A DNA stretch of 64,000 nucleotides, taken from Nitrosopumilus sp. GTDB lineage: Archaea; Thermoproteota; Nitrososphaeria; Nitrososphaerales; Nitrosopumilaceae. The first letter of the stretch is position 1. Each line of letters begins with the position of its first letter. Where the stretch lies: contig OZ241857.1 of assembly GCA_965203315.1 (NCBI GenBank), positions 960,001 through 1,024,000 on the forward strand, read 5' to 3'. The notes under the pieces were generated by a model. That model made no database searches. It was given only the letters and a program-made list of their open reading frames with translations, and was not told the DNA's origin. This document shows, one piece after another, positions 30,052-40,857 of this stretch. The translations under genes and the position numbers were made by a program.

Positions 30052-30672
30052 ATGAGCGAACTAGAGATGAACAATATCCAAAAGAAGATACTAAAGACAG
30101 GTATAGGAATAGGTACATCTGTAAAGACCAAGTTTATGATCCCGTTTATCGTAGGCATGAACGATGACAAGGTGTATAGACTTGACATCAAGAAGACGCT
30201 TGCGAGAATAAAGACAGCAGCTAGGTTTGTCAACCATGTTGGAGCAGAGAATCTAGTTGTGTGTTCTAGTCAAGAGTATGTCGAGACTCCGATCGAAAAG
30301 TTTTGTTTGGTGGTCGGCGCCAAAAAGCTCTTTGGCAGATTCATGCCAGGAACACTTACCAATCCATCACTACCAAACTATATCGAACCAAAGTTGGTAC
30401 TGATATCTGATCCTCAACTAGATAGCCAAGCTATAATCGAGGCAACAAATGCAGGCATTCCGGTTATAGGTATAGCAGATACAGACAACATTACATCAAA
30501 CTTGGATATAGTAATTCCAGCAAACAATAGAGGTAGAAAGGCCATAGCGACAGCATACTGGCTACTCGCATATCACATACTTGTAGAGCGAGGAGACTTG
30601 AAAGAGAATGAATCTCCAAAGTACGATATAGACGACTTTGAGACAAAGATGATAGAAGGAAAGAGCGAGTAG
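30052..30672 (+). CDS. rps2: 30S ribosomal protein S2
   Basis: GRFMPGTLTN, DSQAIIEA, DTDN and IPANNRG. Confidence 0.96.
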   Translation: MSELEMNNIQKKILKTGIGIGTSVKTKFMIPFIVGMNDDKVYRLDIKKTLARIKTAARFVNHVGAENLVVCSSQEYVETPIEKFCLVVGAKKLFGRFMPGTLTNPSLPNYIEPKLVLISDPQLDSQAIIEATNAGIPVIGIADTDNITSNLDIVIPANNRGRKAIATAYWLLAYHILVERGDLKENESPKYDIDDFETKMIEGKSE

Positions 30673-30675
30673 AGT

Positions 30676-31719
30676 TTGAGGGTCAAAGCCATAGCACCTG
30701 GCAAAGTGATACTGCTCGGCGAGCACTTTGTTGTACATGGATCACAAGCTGTACTGTGTGCGATAGATAGAGACGTCACGATAACCATGTCAGAACTAGT
30801 TCGTAAAGTATCGATAAAGTCTGACTTGGGTAGCATCAGTGTAAATACTGGTACGCCTATCAACTATATTCCGCTCGAGTTTCGACCAATATACTATATC
30901 GCAGAAAAGGTACTAAAAAGGAGCAACATAGGCGGAGTCAGAATTGTAATAGATTCTAGGATTCCGCCCGGAGCAGGTCTTGGATCATCGTCTGCCTGTT
31001 GTGTTGCAGCAGTTGCCGCAGCTACAGAGTTTGCATACAAGATAACCGATAGATCTAGCTATAAGATAGAGGGCATAGTCGATGATATGATAGAAGAAGT
31101 TATAGAAACGGCGATATTGGCAGAACGGACGATCTTTCCAGATACCTCTGGTATAGACTGCATGGTGTCGGCATATGGCGGTCTTGGGACATATGATGGC
31201 GTCTTTAACAAGAACGAAGATATCGCATATGGTAGAGACGTCGAAGAGATGGAGAGGATAGAAGAGATGGAGGATAGTGTTATCCCCAAGAATGATATGA
31301 AGTTTATAATTGCAGACTCGGGCGTGCGACATAACACACGAGAGATGGTAGATAAAGTTGGCACATACAAGAGACAGAATCCCAAAGAGTTTGACGAGAT
31401 GTGTAACAGTATAAACGAGATGGTACAAGAGATACCAGAGATACTAGTTGCTAGTGATCACAAGAGACTTGGTGCACACATGAACAAGAACCACCAATAT
31501 CTACGAGAGATTGGTGTGTCAAATAATACACTAGATGAGATGGTAGAGTTGGGTTCTACTCCGTATGGTGCAAAGATAACCGGTGCTGGAGGTGGAGGGG
31601 TAGTATGTGCGATCACAGATCGTGCTACAGAGCATGAAATGTTGTCGAGATATCGTAATGCTGGCTATGACTGTGCTGTAGTCGGCATAGCAAACGATGG
31701 CGTTGTAGCTTTTGTGTGA
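30676..31719 (+). CDS. mvk: Mevalonate kinase
   Basis: PGKVILLGEHFVVHG, PPGAGLGSSSA, SGID and KITGAGGGG. Confidence 0.95.
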   Translation: MRVKAIAPGKVILLGEHFVVHGSQAVLCAIDRDVTITMSELVRKVSIKSDLGSISVNTGTPINYIPLEFRPIYYIAEKVLKRSNIGGVRIVIDSRIPPGAGLGSSSACCVAAVAAATEFAYKITDRSSYKIEGIVDDMIEEVIETAILAERTIFPDTSGIDCMVSAYGGLGTYDGVFNKNEDIAYGRDVEEMERIEEMEDSVIPKNDMKFIIADSGVRHNTREMVDKVGTYKRQNPKEFDEMCNSINEMVQEIPEILVASDHKRLGAHMNKNHQYLREIGVSNNTLDEMVELGSTPYGAKITGAGGGGVVCAITDRATEHEMLSRYRNAGYDCAVVGIANDGVVAFV

Positions 31720-31734
31720 TAAAGACTGCGTCAC

Positions 31735-31909
31735 GGTTCTGTTCAATTGATGGGGGTTGGCATTTTCTGCACAAAATTCTCGAAAAATTTTGCAAAGTAT
31801 GGAAACGGCCTCAGAATGACTATCGTAAACTACTGCTGTTGAGTCACATATTGTGCGTTCTTTAAGATAACATCATGACGATCTCAACCTCCGTCAATTG
31901 AACAGAACC
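31735..31909. mobile_element. MITE family B (175 bp), inverted relative to 16759
   Basis: TIRs GGTTCTGTTCAATTGA...TCAATTGAACAGAACC; the interior is the reverse-complement homologue of 16759-16934. Confidence 0.88.
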
Positions 31910-31997
31910 CACCATCTTGATACTATGTCTAGCTTTGTGGAATGGTTTCCAAAAAACAGAGGTCATAGTTTTAATTTACCACGACATACTAGAACAC

Positions 31998-32738
31998 ATG
32001 ATTCTATTAAAGTTGGGTGGATCTATAATCACAAATAAGAATAGACCGCTCACACCGCGTCGAGCTACAATATCAAAGATAACAGAGGTTCTAGATCTAG
32101 ATGAGCCACTTGTCATAGTACATGGTGGTGGATCATTTGGCCATTATTGGTCTGTAAAGTATGACATGCATACTGCTGCAAAAGAGTACGATGCACGAGG
32201 CGTGTCGATAGTAAAGAATTCGATGATTCAATTGGACAAGATAATCTTGGATGCAATGGTACACAATGGATTGAAACCATACTCGTTACCGCCCACAGAC
32301 TTTATGCGTGGCGATAGACCGATTCGTACAAAGATATTAGAGATTGCAAATATTGCACAGAGTATGATTCCAGTTACATACGGCGATGCGTTATGGTATG
32401 GTAAGAACATGACATACATATTGTCAGGAGATAGAATAATGAGTATACTAGCAAAGATTATACGACCACGTCTATGCATATTTGCATTAAACGAAGATGG
32501 ACTATACAGAGACATGAAGACGCGAGAACTGATACGAGAGGTCGATGGTCATGTACCGGATATTAAAAGTAATGTGATGGACGTTACAGGAGGAATGACT
32601 AGAAAGATAGAGTCAGCTAGAACGATTGCAAAAAAAGGAATAGATGTATTCTTTGTAAACGGAGCCAAACCAGAACGACTAGTACAAGCAATCAAGAGAG
32701 ATAAATTTGAAGGAACTATGTTTAGAGGTAAGATATGA
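31998..32738 (+). CDS. ipk: Isopentenyl phosphate kinase
   Basis: LKLGGSIIT, HGGGSFGH, SGD and DVTGGM; located between mvk and idi. Confidence 0.92.
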   Translation: MILLKLGGSIITNKNRPLTPRRATISKITEVLDLDEPLVIVHGGGSFGHYWSVKYDMHTAAKEYDARGVSIVKNSMIQLDKIILDAMVHNGLKPYSLPPTDFMRGDRPIRTKILEIANIAQSMIPVTYGDALWYGKNMTYILSGDRIMSILAKIIRPRLCIFALNEDGLYRDMKTRELIREVDGHVPDIKSNVMDVTGGMTRKIESARTIAKKGIDVFFVNGAKPERLVQAIKRDKFEGTMFRGKI

Positions 32739-33376
32739 CAGAGTTTGTTATTCTAGTAGATGCAGATGACAATCAGATAGGACTCGAAGAGAAGGTAAAG
32801 TGTCATTTACCACAAGGTAGGCTACATCGTGCTTTTACTGCATTACTGTTTGATGATACAGGTAGACTAGCTCTAGCTAGACGAGATGTCTCAAAGATGC
32901 TTTGGCCGTCGTACTGGGACGGAACCTTTGCGAGTCATCCGCGAGAGGGAGAGACGTATGTTACTGCCGGTCAACGGAGAATGCCCGAAGAGTTGGGCAT
33001 ATCCACGAGACTCGACTATATCAACAAGTTTGAGTACCATGTACGGTACAAGGATGTAGGATCAGAGAACGAGATATGTGGGACATTGATCGGCATAGTG
33101 GATCAACCATCAAGTCTACGTGAGGTGAAAGGTGAGATAGACGAGATACGATGGACCAGTGCTGAACAGCTATTGGCAGAGATCACAGACAGTCCCCAGA
33201 TATACTGTCCGTGGATGCTCATCGCATTAGAGTTGTTAGACAAGACAGATATCTCGCTACGAACAAAGTATCATAATATATTGACAGAGTGGTGTAGCGA
33301 TATGATGCATAAAGGAATGACAACTGCAATTAACCATCACATATTACCAGAACGGTGGAGACTCGTACATGGATAA
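32735..33376 (+). CDS. idi: Isopentenyl-diphosphate delta-isomerase type 1 (Nudix fold)
   Basis: KVKCH...LHRAF, ASHP, RRMPEELG, ENEIC and CPW. Confidence 0.9.
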   Translation: MTEFVILVDADDNQIGLEEKVKCHLPQGRLHRAFTALLFDDTGRLALARRDVSKMLWPSYWDGTFASHPREGETYVTAGQRRMPEELGISTRLDYINKFEYHVRYKDVGSENEICGTLIGIVDQPSSLREVKGEIDEIRWTSAEQLLAEITDSPQIYCPWMLIALELLDKTDISLRTKYHNILTEWCSDMMHKGMTTAINHHILPERWRLVHG

Positions 33377-34340
33377 TACACCGCAGCATGTCAAGAGCAT
33401 AGATCGATATCTAGAGGGCAAGATACGTGGCGATCCATCAAAGTTGTACGAGGCTGCAAATCATCTGATCAAACACGGTGGCAAGAGACTTCGACCGTAC
33501 ATGCTAATAAAGAGCTGTCAGATGTTGGGTGGCAACGCAAGAACTGCAATGCCTGCAGCTGCAGCAGTAGAGATGATTCACAACTTTACTCTAGTACATG
33601 ATGATATAATGGACAACGATGAGATTCGACACGGTGTCCCGACGGTTCACAAAAAGTTTGGCTTGCCAGTAGCAATACTCGCAGGCGATGTACTCTTTTC
33701 AAAGGCATATCAGAGTGTTATACGAGCAAAGGTACCACCAGAAGCTACAGTCCAGTTGGTGTCAAGATTGGCTGAAGCGTGTGTAGATATCTGTGAAGGT
33801 CAGATACTAGATATTAGAATGGCAGAGAGGAAAAAGATTCCATCTCGTATCGAGTATCATAAAATGATCAATAAAAAGACAGGTGCGCTCTTTGAGGTCT
33901 CGTGTGCGATGGGAGCCATCTGTGCTACACAGAACAGACAAGAGATTACAAGACTTGCTGTGTTTGGCAGATGCATGGGAGTTGCATTTCAGATGATCGA
34001 TGATCTGATCGGTGTCATGGGAGATCCAAAGGTTACGAAGAAACCTGTCGGAAACGATCTACGTGAGGGTAAAAAGTCATTACCTATACTGTTAGCCATG
34101 AAGGTTGCACGAGGCAGAGATAAACAGAACATCATGTCTACTTTTGGTAATCCAAAGGTATCAAACAGAGATCTCCTAAAGGCAGTAGACATTATACAAT
34201 CGTTAGGTATCGACAAGGAAATACGCCTAGAAGCAAATCTGTATGCCAGCCATGCAGGAACTATTATTTCAAAGTATAATGGTACAGCAAAACAAGATCT
34301 ACAGAAACTCTTAGAGTTTGTAGTGCTGCGAGATGTCTAA
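33369..34340 (+). CDS. Geranylgeranyl diphosphate synthase (polyprenyl synthetase)
   Basis: GGKRLRP, HDDIMD, GQ, KT, FQMIDD and DLREGK. Confidence 0.94.
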   Translation: MDNTPQHVKSIDRYLEGKIRGDPSKLYEAANHLIKHGGKRLRPYMLIKSCQMLGGNARTAMPAAAAVEMIHNFTLVHDDIMDNDEIRHGVPTVHKKFGLPVAILAGDVLFSKAYQSVIRAKVPPEATVQLVSRLAEACVDICEGQILDIRMAERKKIPSRIEYHKMINKKTGALFEVSCAMGAICATQNRQEITRLAVFGRCMGVAFQMIDDLIGVMGDPKVTKKPVGNDLREGKKSLPILLAMKVARGRDKQNIMSTFGNPKVSNRDLLKAVDIIQSLGIDKEIRLEANLYASHAGTIISKYNGTAKQDLQKLLEFVVLRDV

Positions 34341-34484
34341 TTGATAACATGTATGAAATGTACATGATAACGGTCTTTGTGAACATAGATTTTGGTAGAA
34401 GAATAAACTAGAGATCGATATTGAAGGGATTGTTCTTTTAAATTGACATAGGTTGAGACTCTACAAGATCTCCAAAACATAATG

Positions 34485-34588
34485 TTTGTGAATCAAATGA
34501 TTGGACAATACATGAGATTGCATTACTCTGGTATCTAGGTAAATTTTTCAAAAATTTAGTGTCATCAACTTCTACCAAGTTAAAAGAG
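34485..34588. mobile_element. Degenerate MITE family D copy
   Basis: TTGTGAATCAAATGAT, AAATTTTTCAAAAATTTA and CAAGTTAAAAGAG are collinear with 13210-13319. Confidence 0.5.
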
Positions 34589-34641
34589 CCACTTAACATT
34601 TAGGAATAGAGGTTTTATACTTCATGTAAATACAAGATACA

Positions 34642-35646
34642 TTGGAGTTTAGAGATAGAACAGACAGTGAGTTTTTAGAAGCCTTTACAAAGATACTACA
34701 GTCCCACAATGACAAGAACAATACATTCAAGTTTGCTCTTGCCAGATTCTTGTTAGAATATAGCAGAGAATCAAGTGATCCAATGGTACGATTCAGAGAA
34801 ATTGCCAAATACTTTTTCAAGTATTATTGGTTACAGGAATGTAAATCTAGGATCAGGCAAGGTCCTCCACATCAGACTCCAAAAGTGATTACGATAATTC
34901 GTGAGAGATTTACTGATAAAATATACTTGCAGACATATGGAGAGATACTTAGAGATCGAACAAAAGACGTAGAATGGTGCATCTCTGAGATCCAGAAAAA
35001 TTGTTTCCGTGATGTAATACATAGATTTCATCACGCTGTAGGTGATCAAAAGATCTTTTTTGATTATCGGGTAAAACGTTATCAGGACAAATCTGGTAAT
35101 GCTCTAATCGATGTAGGCGGAGGGATACGAATCAATCCAAACGCAATGCGATTCTTTAAAGAATACTATCAGGCACTTCATCGCGCTGTAATACTAGAAT
35201 GGATACGATTTTTGGAGAAACGCAACTTCGGCATTCCACACCTAGTTAAAAAGATAGAAGGCACTGTTACCAAACCGGATGTCAAACCAGAACTTGTACA
35301 AGCTTTGAAATCTTTTACATACTCGTGCTTTTATTGCGAGAGACATCTAGATTTGAAACCAAAGCCACATGTAGATCATGTAATACCCTTCGAGTATGTG
35401 GGAGATACAGAGCTGTGGAATCTCGTATTGACATGTCAAGAATGTAATTCTGAAAAATTGGGCAGACTTGCACCTCTAAAATATCTCGAAAAACTACTAG
35501 ATCGAAATATCTGTTATCAGCACAATAACAAGATGAATAATTCACTAAAGATGTTAAACTATGGAGCCGAGTCTATACGATGGCATTACAAAAATGCATA
35601 CATGTATGGATACCCAATAGTAAATGACTTTCCAAAGATCAGATGA
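34642..35646 (+). CDS. HNH endonuclease (accessory, restriction-like)
   Basis: CFYC...HVDHVIP...NLVLTCQECN zinc-binding HNH; N-terminal NTFKFALARFLLE. Confidence 0.88.
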   Translation: MEFRDRTDSEFLEAFTKILQSHNDKNNTFKFALARFLLEYSRESSDPMVRFREIAKYFFKYYWLQECKSRIRQGPPHQTPKVITIIRERFTDKIYLQTYGEILRDRTKDVEWCISEIQKNCFRDVIHRFHHAVGDQKIFFDYRVKRYQDKSGNALIDVGGGIRINPNAMRFFKEYYQALHRAVILEWIRFLEKRNFGIPHLVKKIEGTVTKPDVKPELVQALKSFTYSCFYCERHLDLKPKPHVDHVIPFEYVGDTELWNLVLTCQECNSEKLGRLAPLKYLEKLLDRNICYQHNNKMNNSLKMLNYGAESIRWHYKNAYMYGYPIVNDFPKIR

Positions 35647-35755
35647 TACAATGTGTATAGTTGAGATGGTTTTACATATACAATCACATTTCTAAATTCT
35701 AGAACTGGTACTCCGGATGTAAACTCGGTGCTAGACACAATTGATATAAAACATC

Positions 35756-37462
35756 ATGGAACATAATGTGGTTATGACGTCAGATGTGGAATCAAAGATC
35801 AGACAAGCTGCTCTATACAATGCAGTTCAGTATGGTGGTAAGACACAGGACAAGATAATACTAGGCAAGATTCTCGGTGGCAACCCCGAGCTGCGAAGTA
35901 ATGTGGCAGAGATAAAGGATACAATATCACGTATAGTATCAGAGGTGAATACTCTAGGCATAGAAGAGCAACGTGTCGAGTTGTCCAAGTATCCTGAAGT
36001 GGAGACCAAAAAGACTGTACAACGTGAGGGGCTACCCGAACTAGAGAATGCAGAACAAGGAATGGTTGTTACCAGATTTCCACCAGAGCCCAATGGTTAT
36101 CCACACATTGGACATGCAAAGGCAGCTATAATCAACTCCGAGTATGCAAAGATGTATGGCGGCAAATTCATCTTACGAATAGATGATACAAACCCCGAGA
36201 CGGAACGCATGGAGTATCATGCAGCAATCAAAGTTGGATTAGAGTGGCTAGGAGTAGAGTGGGATATCATAAAGAGTACATCAGATGACATGGAACTATT
36301 CTATGAGAAGGGACTGGAGTTGATAAAGAGATCAAAGGCATACGTATGTACATGTAAACGAGATGCCATCAGCAAGAATAGACGTGAACGCAAGTCCTGC
36401 AAATGTAGTAGAGGAGATACAGAAAAGAATCTCAAAGGATGGCACCACATGCATACAAAGTTCAAACCCGGTGTAGCAATAGTTCGTTTTCGTGGCGATA
36501 TGGAATCAGACAATGCCGTAATGCGAGACCCTGTCTTGTTTAGAATAATACATGAAGGACATTACACTTTGGGGGAACGATACAAGGTGTGGCCAAGCTA
36601 CGACTTGGCAGTTGCTATCGAGGACAGTATAGATGGCATAACTCATGCGTTTCGTTCCAAAGAGTTTGAGTTGCGACGTGAGTTGATCGATGCGATACTC
36701 GATGCACTAGGGATGCGTAAACCGCATCAAGGATTCTTTTCTAGATTAGAGTTGGAAGGGATGCCTACATCCAAGAGAGTTATTCGACCGTTGATCGATG
36801 AAGGAAAGATATCATGGTATGACGATCCAAGACTGCCCACACTAGAAGGACTGAAACGACGAGGCATCAAGCCAGAGGCCATACGCAAGTTCATAATGTC
36901 GTTGGGATTGACACGAGCAAATACACTTGCTCCCTTTGATGTACTAGAGTCATTCAATCGTAGATTGGTGGATTCTTCTAGTATCAGACTATTCATGGTG
37001 AGTAATCCACGGGTGTTGACTGTACGTGGTATACCGAATGATGTCATTACAATAGCAAATCATCCAACAAAGGACATGGGAACTAGAGAGATATCGATAA
37101 CAGATAGGTTTTACATATCTGGCGATGATCTAGATGGTGTCGTACAAGGTACCAACGTTCGTCTGCTAGGTCTAGGAAACGTAACCATCACAGATATTGA
37201 AAAGTTAGAGGGACAGTTCAATGATGTAGACAGCGATGTAAAGATACAATGGGTGCCTGTAGATACTGCACACAAGATACGAATCATCATTCCCAATGTA
37301 CTGTTTGATGGTGATACGTTCAACGAGAACAGCATTGAAGAGCTAGATGTTTATACAGAACCACATTATCAAAAGCTAGATGACGGGGACGAGATCCAAT
37401 TTGTTAGATTTGGATACTGCAGAAAGGACACGCAGAACATGGCGATATTTACACACAAGTGA
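35756..37462 (+). CDS. gltX: Glutamate--tRNA ligase
   Basis: RFPPEPNGYPHIGH, RIDDTNP, PTSKR and QFVRFGY. Confidence 0.97.
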   Translation: MEHNVVMTSDVESKIRQAALYNAVQYGGKTQDKIILGKILGGNPELRSNVAEIKDTISRIVSEVNTLGIEEQRVELSKYPEVETKKTVQREGLPELENAEQGMVVTRFPPEPNGYPHIGHAKAAIINSEYAKMYGGKFILRIDDTNPETERMEYHAAIKVGLEWLGVEWDIIKSTSDDMELFYEKGLELIKRSKAYVCTCKRDAISKNRRERKSCKCSRGDTEKNLKGWHHMHTKFKPGVAIVRFRGDMESDNAVMRDPVLFRIIHEGHYTLGERYKVWPSYDLAVAIEDSIDGITHAFRSKEFELRRELIDAILDALGMRKPHQGFFSRLELEGMPTSKRVIRPLIDEGKISWYDDPRLPTLEGLKRRGIKPEAIRKFIMSLGLTRANTLAPFDVLESFNRRLVDSSSIRLFMVSNPRVLTVRGIPNDVITIANHPTKDMGTREISITDRFYISGDDLDGVVQGTNVRLLGLGNVTITDIEKLEGQFNDVDSDVKIQWVPVDTAHKIRIIIPNVLFDGDTFNENSIEELDVYTEPHYQKLDDGDEIQFVRFGYCRKDTQNMAIFTHK

Positions 37463-37468
37463 TGTACA

Positions 37469-38341
37469 ATGAAGATAGTTAGACTGGTATCCGGAAATAT
37501 AGAGACATATGGTTTTGTAGATGGCGATAACGTAGCAGTAAAGGATGAGATCACAAAGGTTACCGGCGTACCTGTGCCACAGAGCATCAAGGACTTTATG
37601 TTCGATGGTTGGTATCAAGAGATCTATAAGGTAAGAGATCAGCTCTCATACAGTAGCAAGTTGACGGACTATAAGATTGTCCATCCAATACCAAATCCCA
37701 GAAAGATCGTATGTCTAGCGTTCAACTATGTGGATCATGCCAGAGAACAGGGACTACAAGCACCGGAGGATCCTGCGATCGTCATAAAACCACATACAGC
37801 CTTGACAGGCACTAGCTCGGATATCATATGTCCAGACTTTGTAAAACAACTCGACTATGAGATAGAGTTGGCTCTGATAATCGGTAAAGAGTGTAAAGCA
37901 GTTAAACCGTCTGATGTACATGACGTAATATTTGGATACATGATACTAAATGATGTCTCTGCCAGAGATATCCAGTTCAAAGACAAACAGTTTACACGTG
38001 CAAAGGGGTTCGATACGTTTGCTCCATGTGGCCCATACATCACAACAGCAGATGAGATTGTTGATCCTCAGAATCTTGCCATGACTACAAAGGTGAATGG
38101 AGAGATCAGGCAGTCTTCAAACACATCAAACATGTTTATCAAGATATGTGATATTGTATCCAAGATATCCCAAGGAATGACACTTGAGCGTGGAGATATC
38201 ATATCTACAGGTACACCAGCAGGAGTAATGTTGAACAAACCAAATGCAGTATTCCTCAAAGATGGAGATCATATAGAGATGGAGATCGAAAGATTAGGTG
38301 TACTCACCAATACGATTCGAGTTGTGCCATCACCAGTATAG
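37469..38341 (+). CDS. Fumarylacetoacetate hydrolase family protein
   Basis: NYVDH, DYEIEL, NDVSARD, KGFDTF and STGTPAGV. Confidence 0.93.
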   Translation: MKIVRLVSGNIETYGFVDGDNVAVKDEITKVTGVPVPQSIKDFMFDGWYQEIYKVRDQLSYSSKLTDYKIVHPIPNPRKIVCLAFNYVDHAREQGLQAPEDPAIVIKPHTALTGTSSDIICPDFVKQLDYEIELALIIGKECKAVKPSDVHDVIFGYMILNDVSARDIQFKDKQFTRAKGFDTFAPCGPYITTADEIVDPQNLAMTTKVNGEIRQSSNTSNMFIKICDIVSKISQGMTLERGDIISTGTPAGVMLNKPNAVFLKDGDHIEMEIERLGVLTNTIRVVPSPV

Positions 38342-38466
38342 TCTCATTTAAGATTGTCCACCACACAGGATGCAATTCAGATGTCAGAGATTTGATTTGT
38401 TATTATTTCTGTAGAGTGTCAACTATATTTCACTTTGTGTTTTTATATCTAGAACGATATTACTAG

Positions 38467-38808
38467 ATGTTCAAGATGTCAGAGAGGCTAGATAACAGTC
38501 ACAAGCCAAAACGAGTATGGATTACGATACTTTTAGCTATGATATTCCCCGGTGCAGGACACTTGTACCTAGAGCGATACAAACGAGGCATAGTGATGAT
38601 GGCACTCGTGTTAGTATCAAGTATTATTCCAGCTATAATGTTAGGGATAATGTACGGTGCAGAGATGGAACCTGATATCCCTAGTGCACTAATGGAAGAG
38701 ACGATCGCTGTATTGGTTGTAGCTGCAGTCTTTCTATTGCCGATAGGGTTAGGCATATGGCAGATTGTGGACGCGTACAAGATATGCAAACGTTATAACA
38801 GCATTTGA
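38467..38808 (+). CDS. Small membrane protein (TM2-like PGAGHLY motif)
   Basis: FPGAGHLYL..YKRGI, three hydrophobic segments, WQIVDAY. Confidence 0.7.
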   Translation: MFKMSERLDNSHKPKRVWITILLAMIFPGAGHLYLERYKRGIVMMALVLVSSIIPAIMLGIMYGAEMEPDIPSALMEETIAVLVVAAVFLLPIGLGIWQIVDAYKICKRYNSI

Positions 38809-39320
38809 GATATCAGAGATGTTTATTCATTAAATAAAATGTGGATTTTAATGATATGTGATCTGCTTTGATCGTACTCGTTGTAGCAATATGGATCGAT
38901 TTTATGTCATTTTGTACGATATAGTTTTGCAGGTATGATATGATCGGCATTATCGTATCTTGTGAATCAGAGAACAATGTAACAATAACGCTATCAAAGA
39001 TATTCGACTTTGTGATGATCCCGACAGACTCGTTGTTATCTTTGATACAACGTATAATGTTGTTCTGAGCAACAAGTCTCTGTACTATATCGTCGTCTAG
39101 CTTGAGCCATCGCCACGAATCTACATAGTAGTGGTACTTTGTACAGTCTATGTCTGTAGTCAAACTAGCTTTGATATTGTTCACGGTATAATCTGCGTAA
39201 TCACCGATGTTATCTTTGTCACTAGAATGTAACGTGTAAAAGTTCCAAGTATCGAGTATCGCATAGTCCATGGACTGAGCCATCGCGATCGATGATGCAT
39301 TGTTGGACTCTACCAACATG

Positions 39321-40857
39321 GGAGTTCATGCGAAAGTCGTTTTGAAGACTCGGGACGCCTAGCAACAAAGACATTCCAAATTATAAAGTGATCTCAGGTT
39401 TGTGATCTGTGCAATTGTACAATTATACATGTAGAGTCAAAACAGTGAATTATACCTTGATATCTTACAATATCATTCTATAAATCACAATGTTGGTGCG
39501 TATTATTTACGCAACTATTCGGTGAGATAATTTCATCTTTTTTAGTTTAGCCTGTTTTTTACGGTTTATCTTTACTCTCCATGCTGCAACAAGCTCTTCT
39601 AATCTAGGACTAGGTCTGCCGTGTTCATGATCCCAAAGAACGTGATAGTTGACCAGTGTAGATGCCATCTTGAAGGCATCGTTGTATTGGTCGTCATCTC
39701 CTCGGAACATGTTGAACAAGAGTTTAAACTGCTTTACACATCCAACTACGTGTTCTACTGTGGCGCGTTCACTGTCTATCTTTTTGTTGTATATCTCTTG
39801 TTCTTTTGTGAGTTGCCCACCTTTGGGTTTCTTGTATTTTATGCCTATCTTGGCACCTACAAAGATATCTCGAATCCCTAGGAATCCCAGATCTACTAGA
39901 ATGTACAGTCTTTGGCGAAGTGGAGTGTTTGGATCTGTTAACGACATGGACCACTTGCCAAGATTCAGTTTGAGCTCTTTGAATATGCTGAAATCGTGTG
40001 TCTTACCAGGAAACGTAGGAGACACATGTACTATCAGTCTCTCTTTTGTACACATCAATAGAGTATTTACCGTATGCATCTTTTTTTTGCCTGATTTGTA
40101 GTCATTGCGTATCTCTCTATCTACGGGTGTTGGAACACGAGTGTGTGATCCATCGAACAAGAATGTATGATCCTTTACCCATTTTGCAAGCTCTTTCTTT
40201 GTCTTGCATTTACTTATCGCATTTGCCAACTCGTCTGGCGAAAAACCCAAACTTTGAAAAAACTGATTCATGTATGTACAGTACCGGGACACATTACTCT
40301 GATCTATACCAAATCTACTGGCAAGATGGCACTGACTGTGACCACTTACCAGTCTCAGAATTGCCAAGAGCATGGCATACTCGGGAGTTAGTTTGGATAT
40401 TCTTCCACGCACTATGAGAACATTACGAAACTGTCTGTGAACATCTGCTGCCGGTATCCATTCTATAAACAGGCCGAGCAAAAAGTTAAACATGTCAAAA
40501 TCCAGCTTTGTATGCTCCCATAGAGTCTTTTCATTGCTAAGAATATTCTTACATGGAGGGAGCTCGAGTTCTTTTTTTGCTGCTTTGAGCTGTTCTTCTG
40601 CTATATCTGCACGTTCTTCGGCTGCTTTGAGTCGTTGTTCAAGCACTAGTTCCTTGTTCGAGTTAGCCATACTCTTGTTTATTCAAATTGGTATTTACCA
40701 TAGAGTGTCTTAAAAAATTGTCTTGTTGCGTATTCTATTTTTGGTTAATTTTTTACTCCTCCTCAGATACACGAAACCCGCAATAACTCGGAGAATTTAG
40801 TCAGATTTGACCCATCACACATCATATGTGCCTGAAAATGACTTTCGCATGAACTCC
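39321..40857 (-). mobile_element. IS5-family (DDE_Tnp_4/Harbinger-like) insertion sequence, 1537 bp
   Basis: Perfect 18-bp TIRs GGAGTTCATGCGAAAGTC / GACTTTCGCATGAACTCC, flanked by the 3-bp direct repeat ATG. Confidence 0.93.
39507..40670 (-). CDS. Transposase (HTH_Tnp_4 plus DDE_Tnp_4 type)
   Basis: LASRFGIDQSNVSR HTH, FDGSH, SGKKKMH, HD, DLGF and RATVEH. Confidence 0.92.
   Translation of the reverse strand: MANSNKELVLEQRLKAAEERADIAEEQLKAAKKELELPPCKNILSNEKTLWEHTKLDFDMFNFLLGLFIEWIPAADVHRQFRNVLIVRGRISKLTPEYAMLLAILRLVSGHSQCHLASRFGIDQSNVSRYCTYMNQFFQSLGFSPDELANAISKCKTKKELAKWVKDHTFLFDGSHTRVPTPVDREIRNDYKSGKKKMHTVNTLLMCTKERLIVHVSPTFPGKTHDFSIFKELKLNLGKWSMSLTDPNTPLRQRLYILVDLGFLGIRDIFVGAKIGIKYKKPKGGQLTKEQEIYNKKIDSERATVEHVVGCVKQFKLLFNMFRGDDDQYNDAFKMASTLVNYHVLWDHEHGRPSPRLEELVAAWRVKINRKKQAKLKKMKLSHRIVA

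Noticed and set aside
34642-35646. HNH as a CRISPR-linked or RNA-guided (IscB/Cas9-like) effector
   Set aside because: It lies 7.5 kb from the cas genes behind core genes, with no RuvC motifs or adjacent repeat/ncRNA evident.
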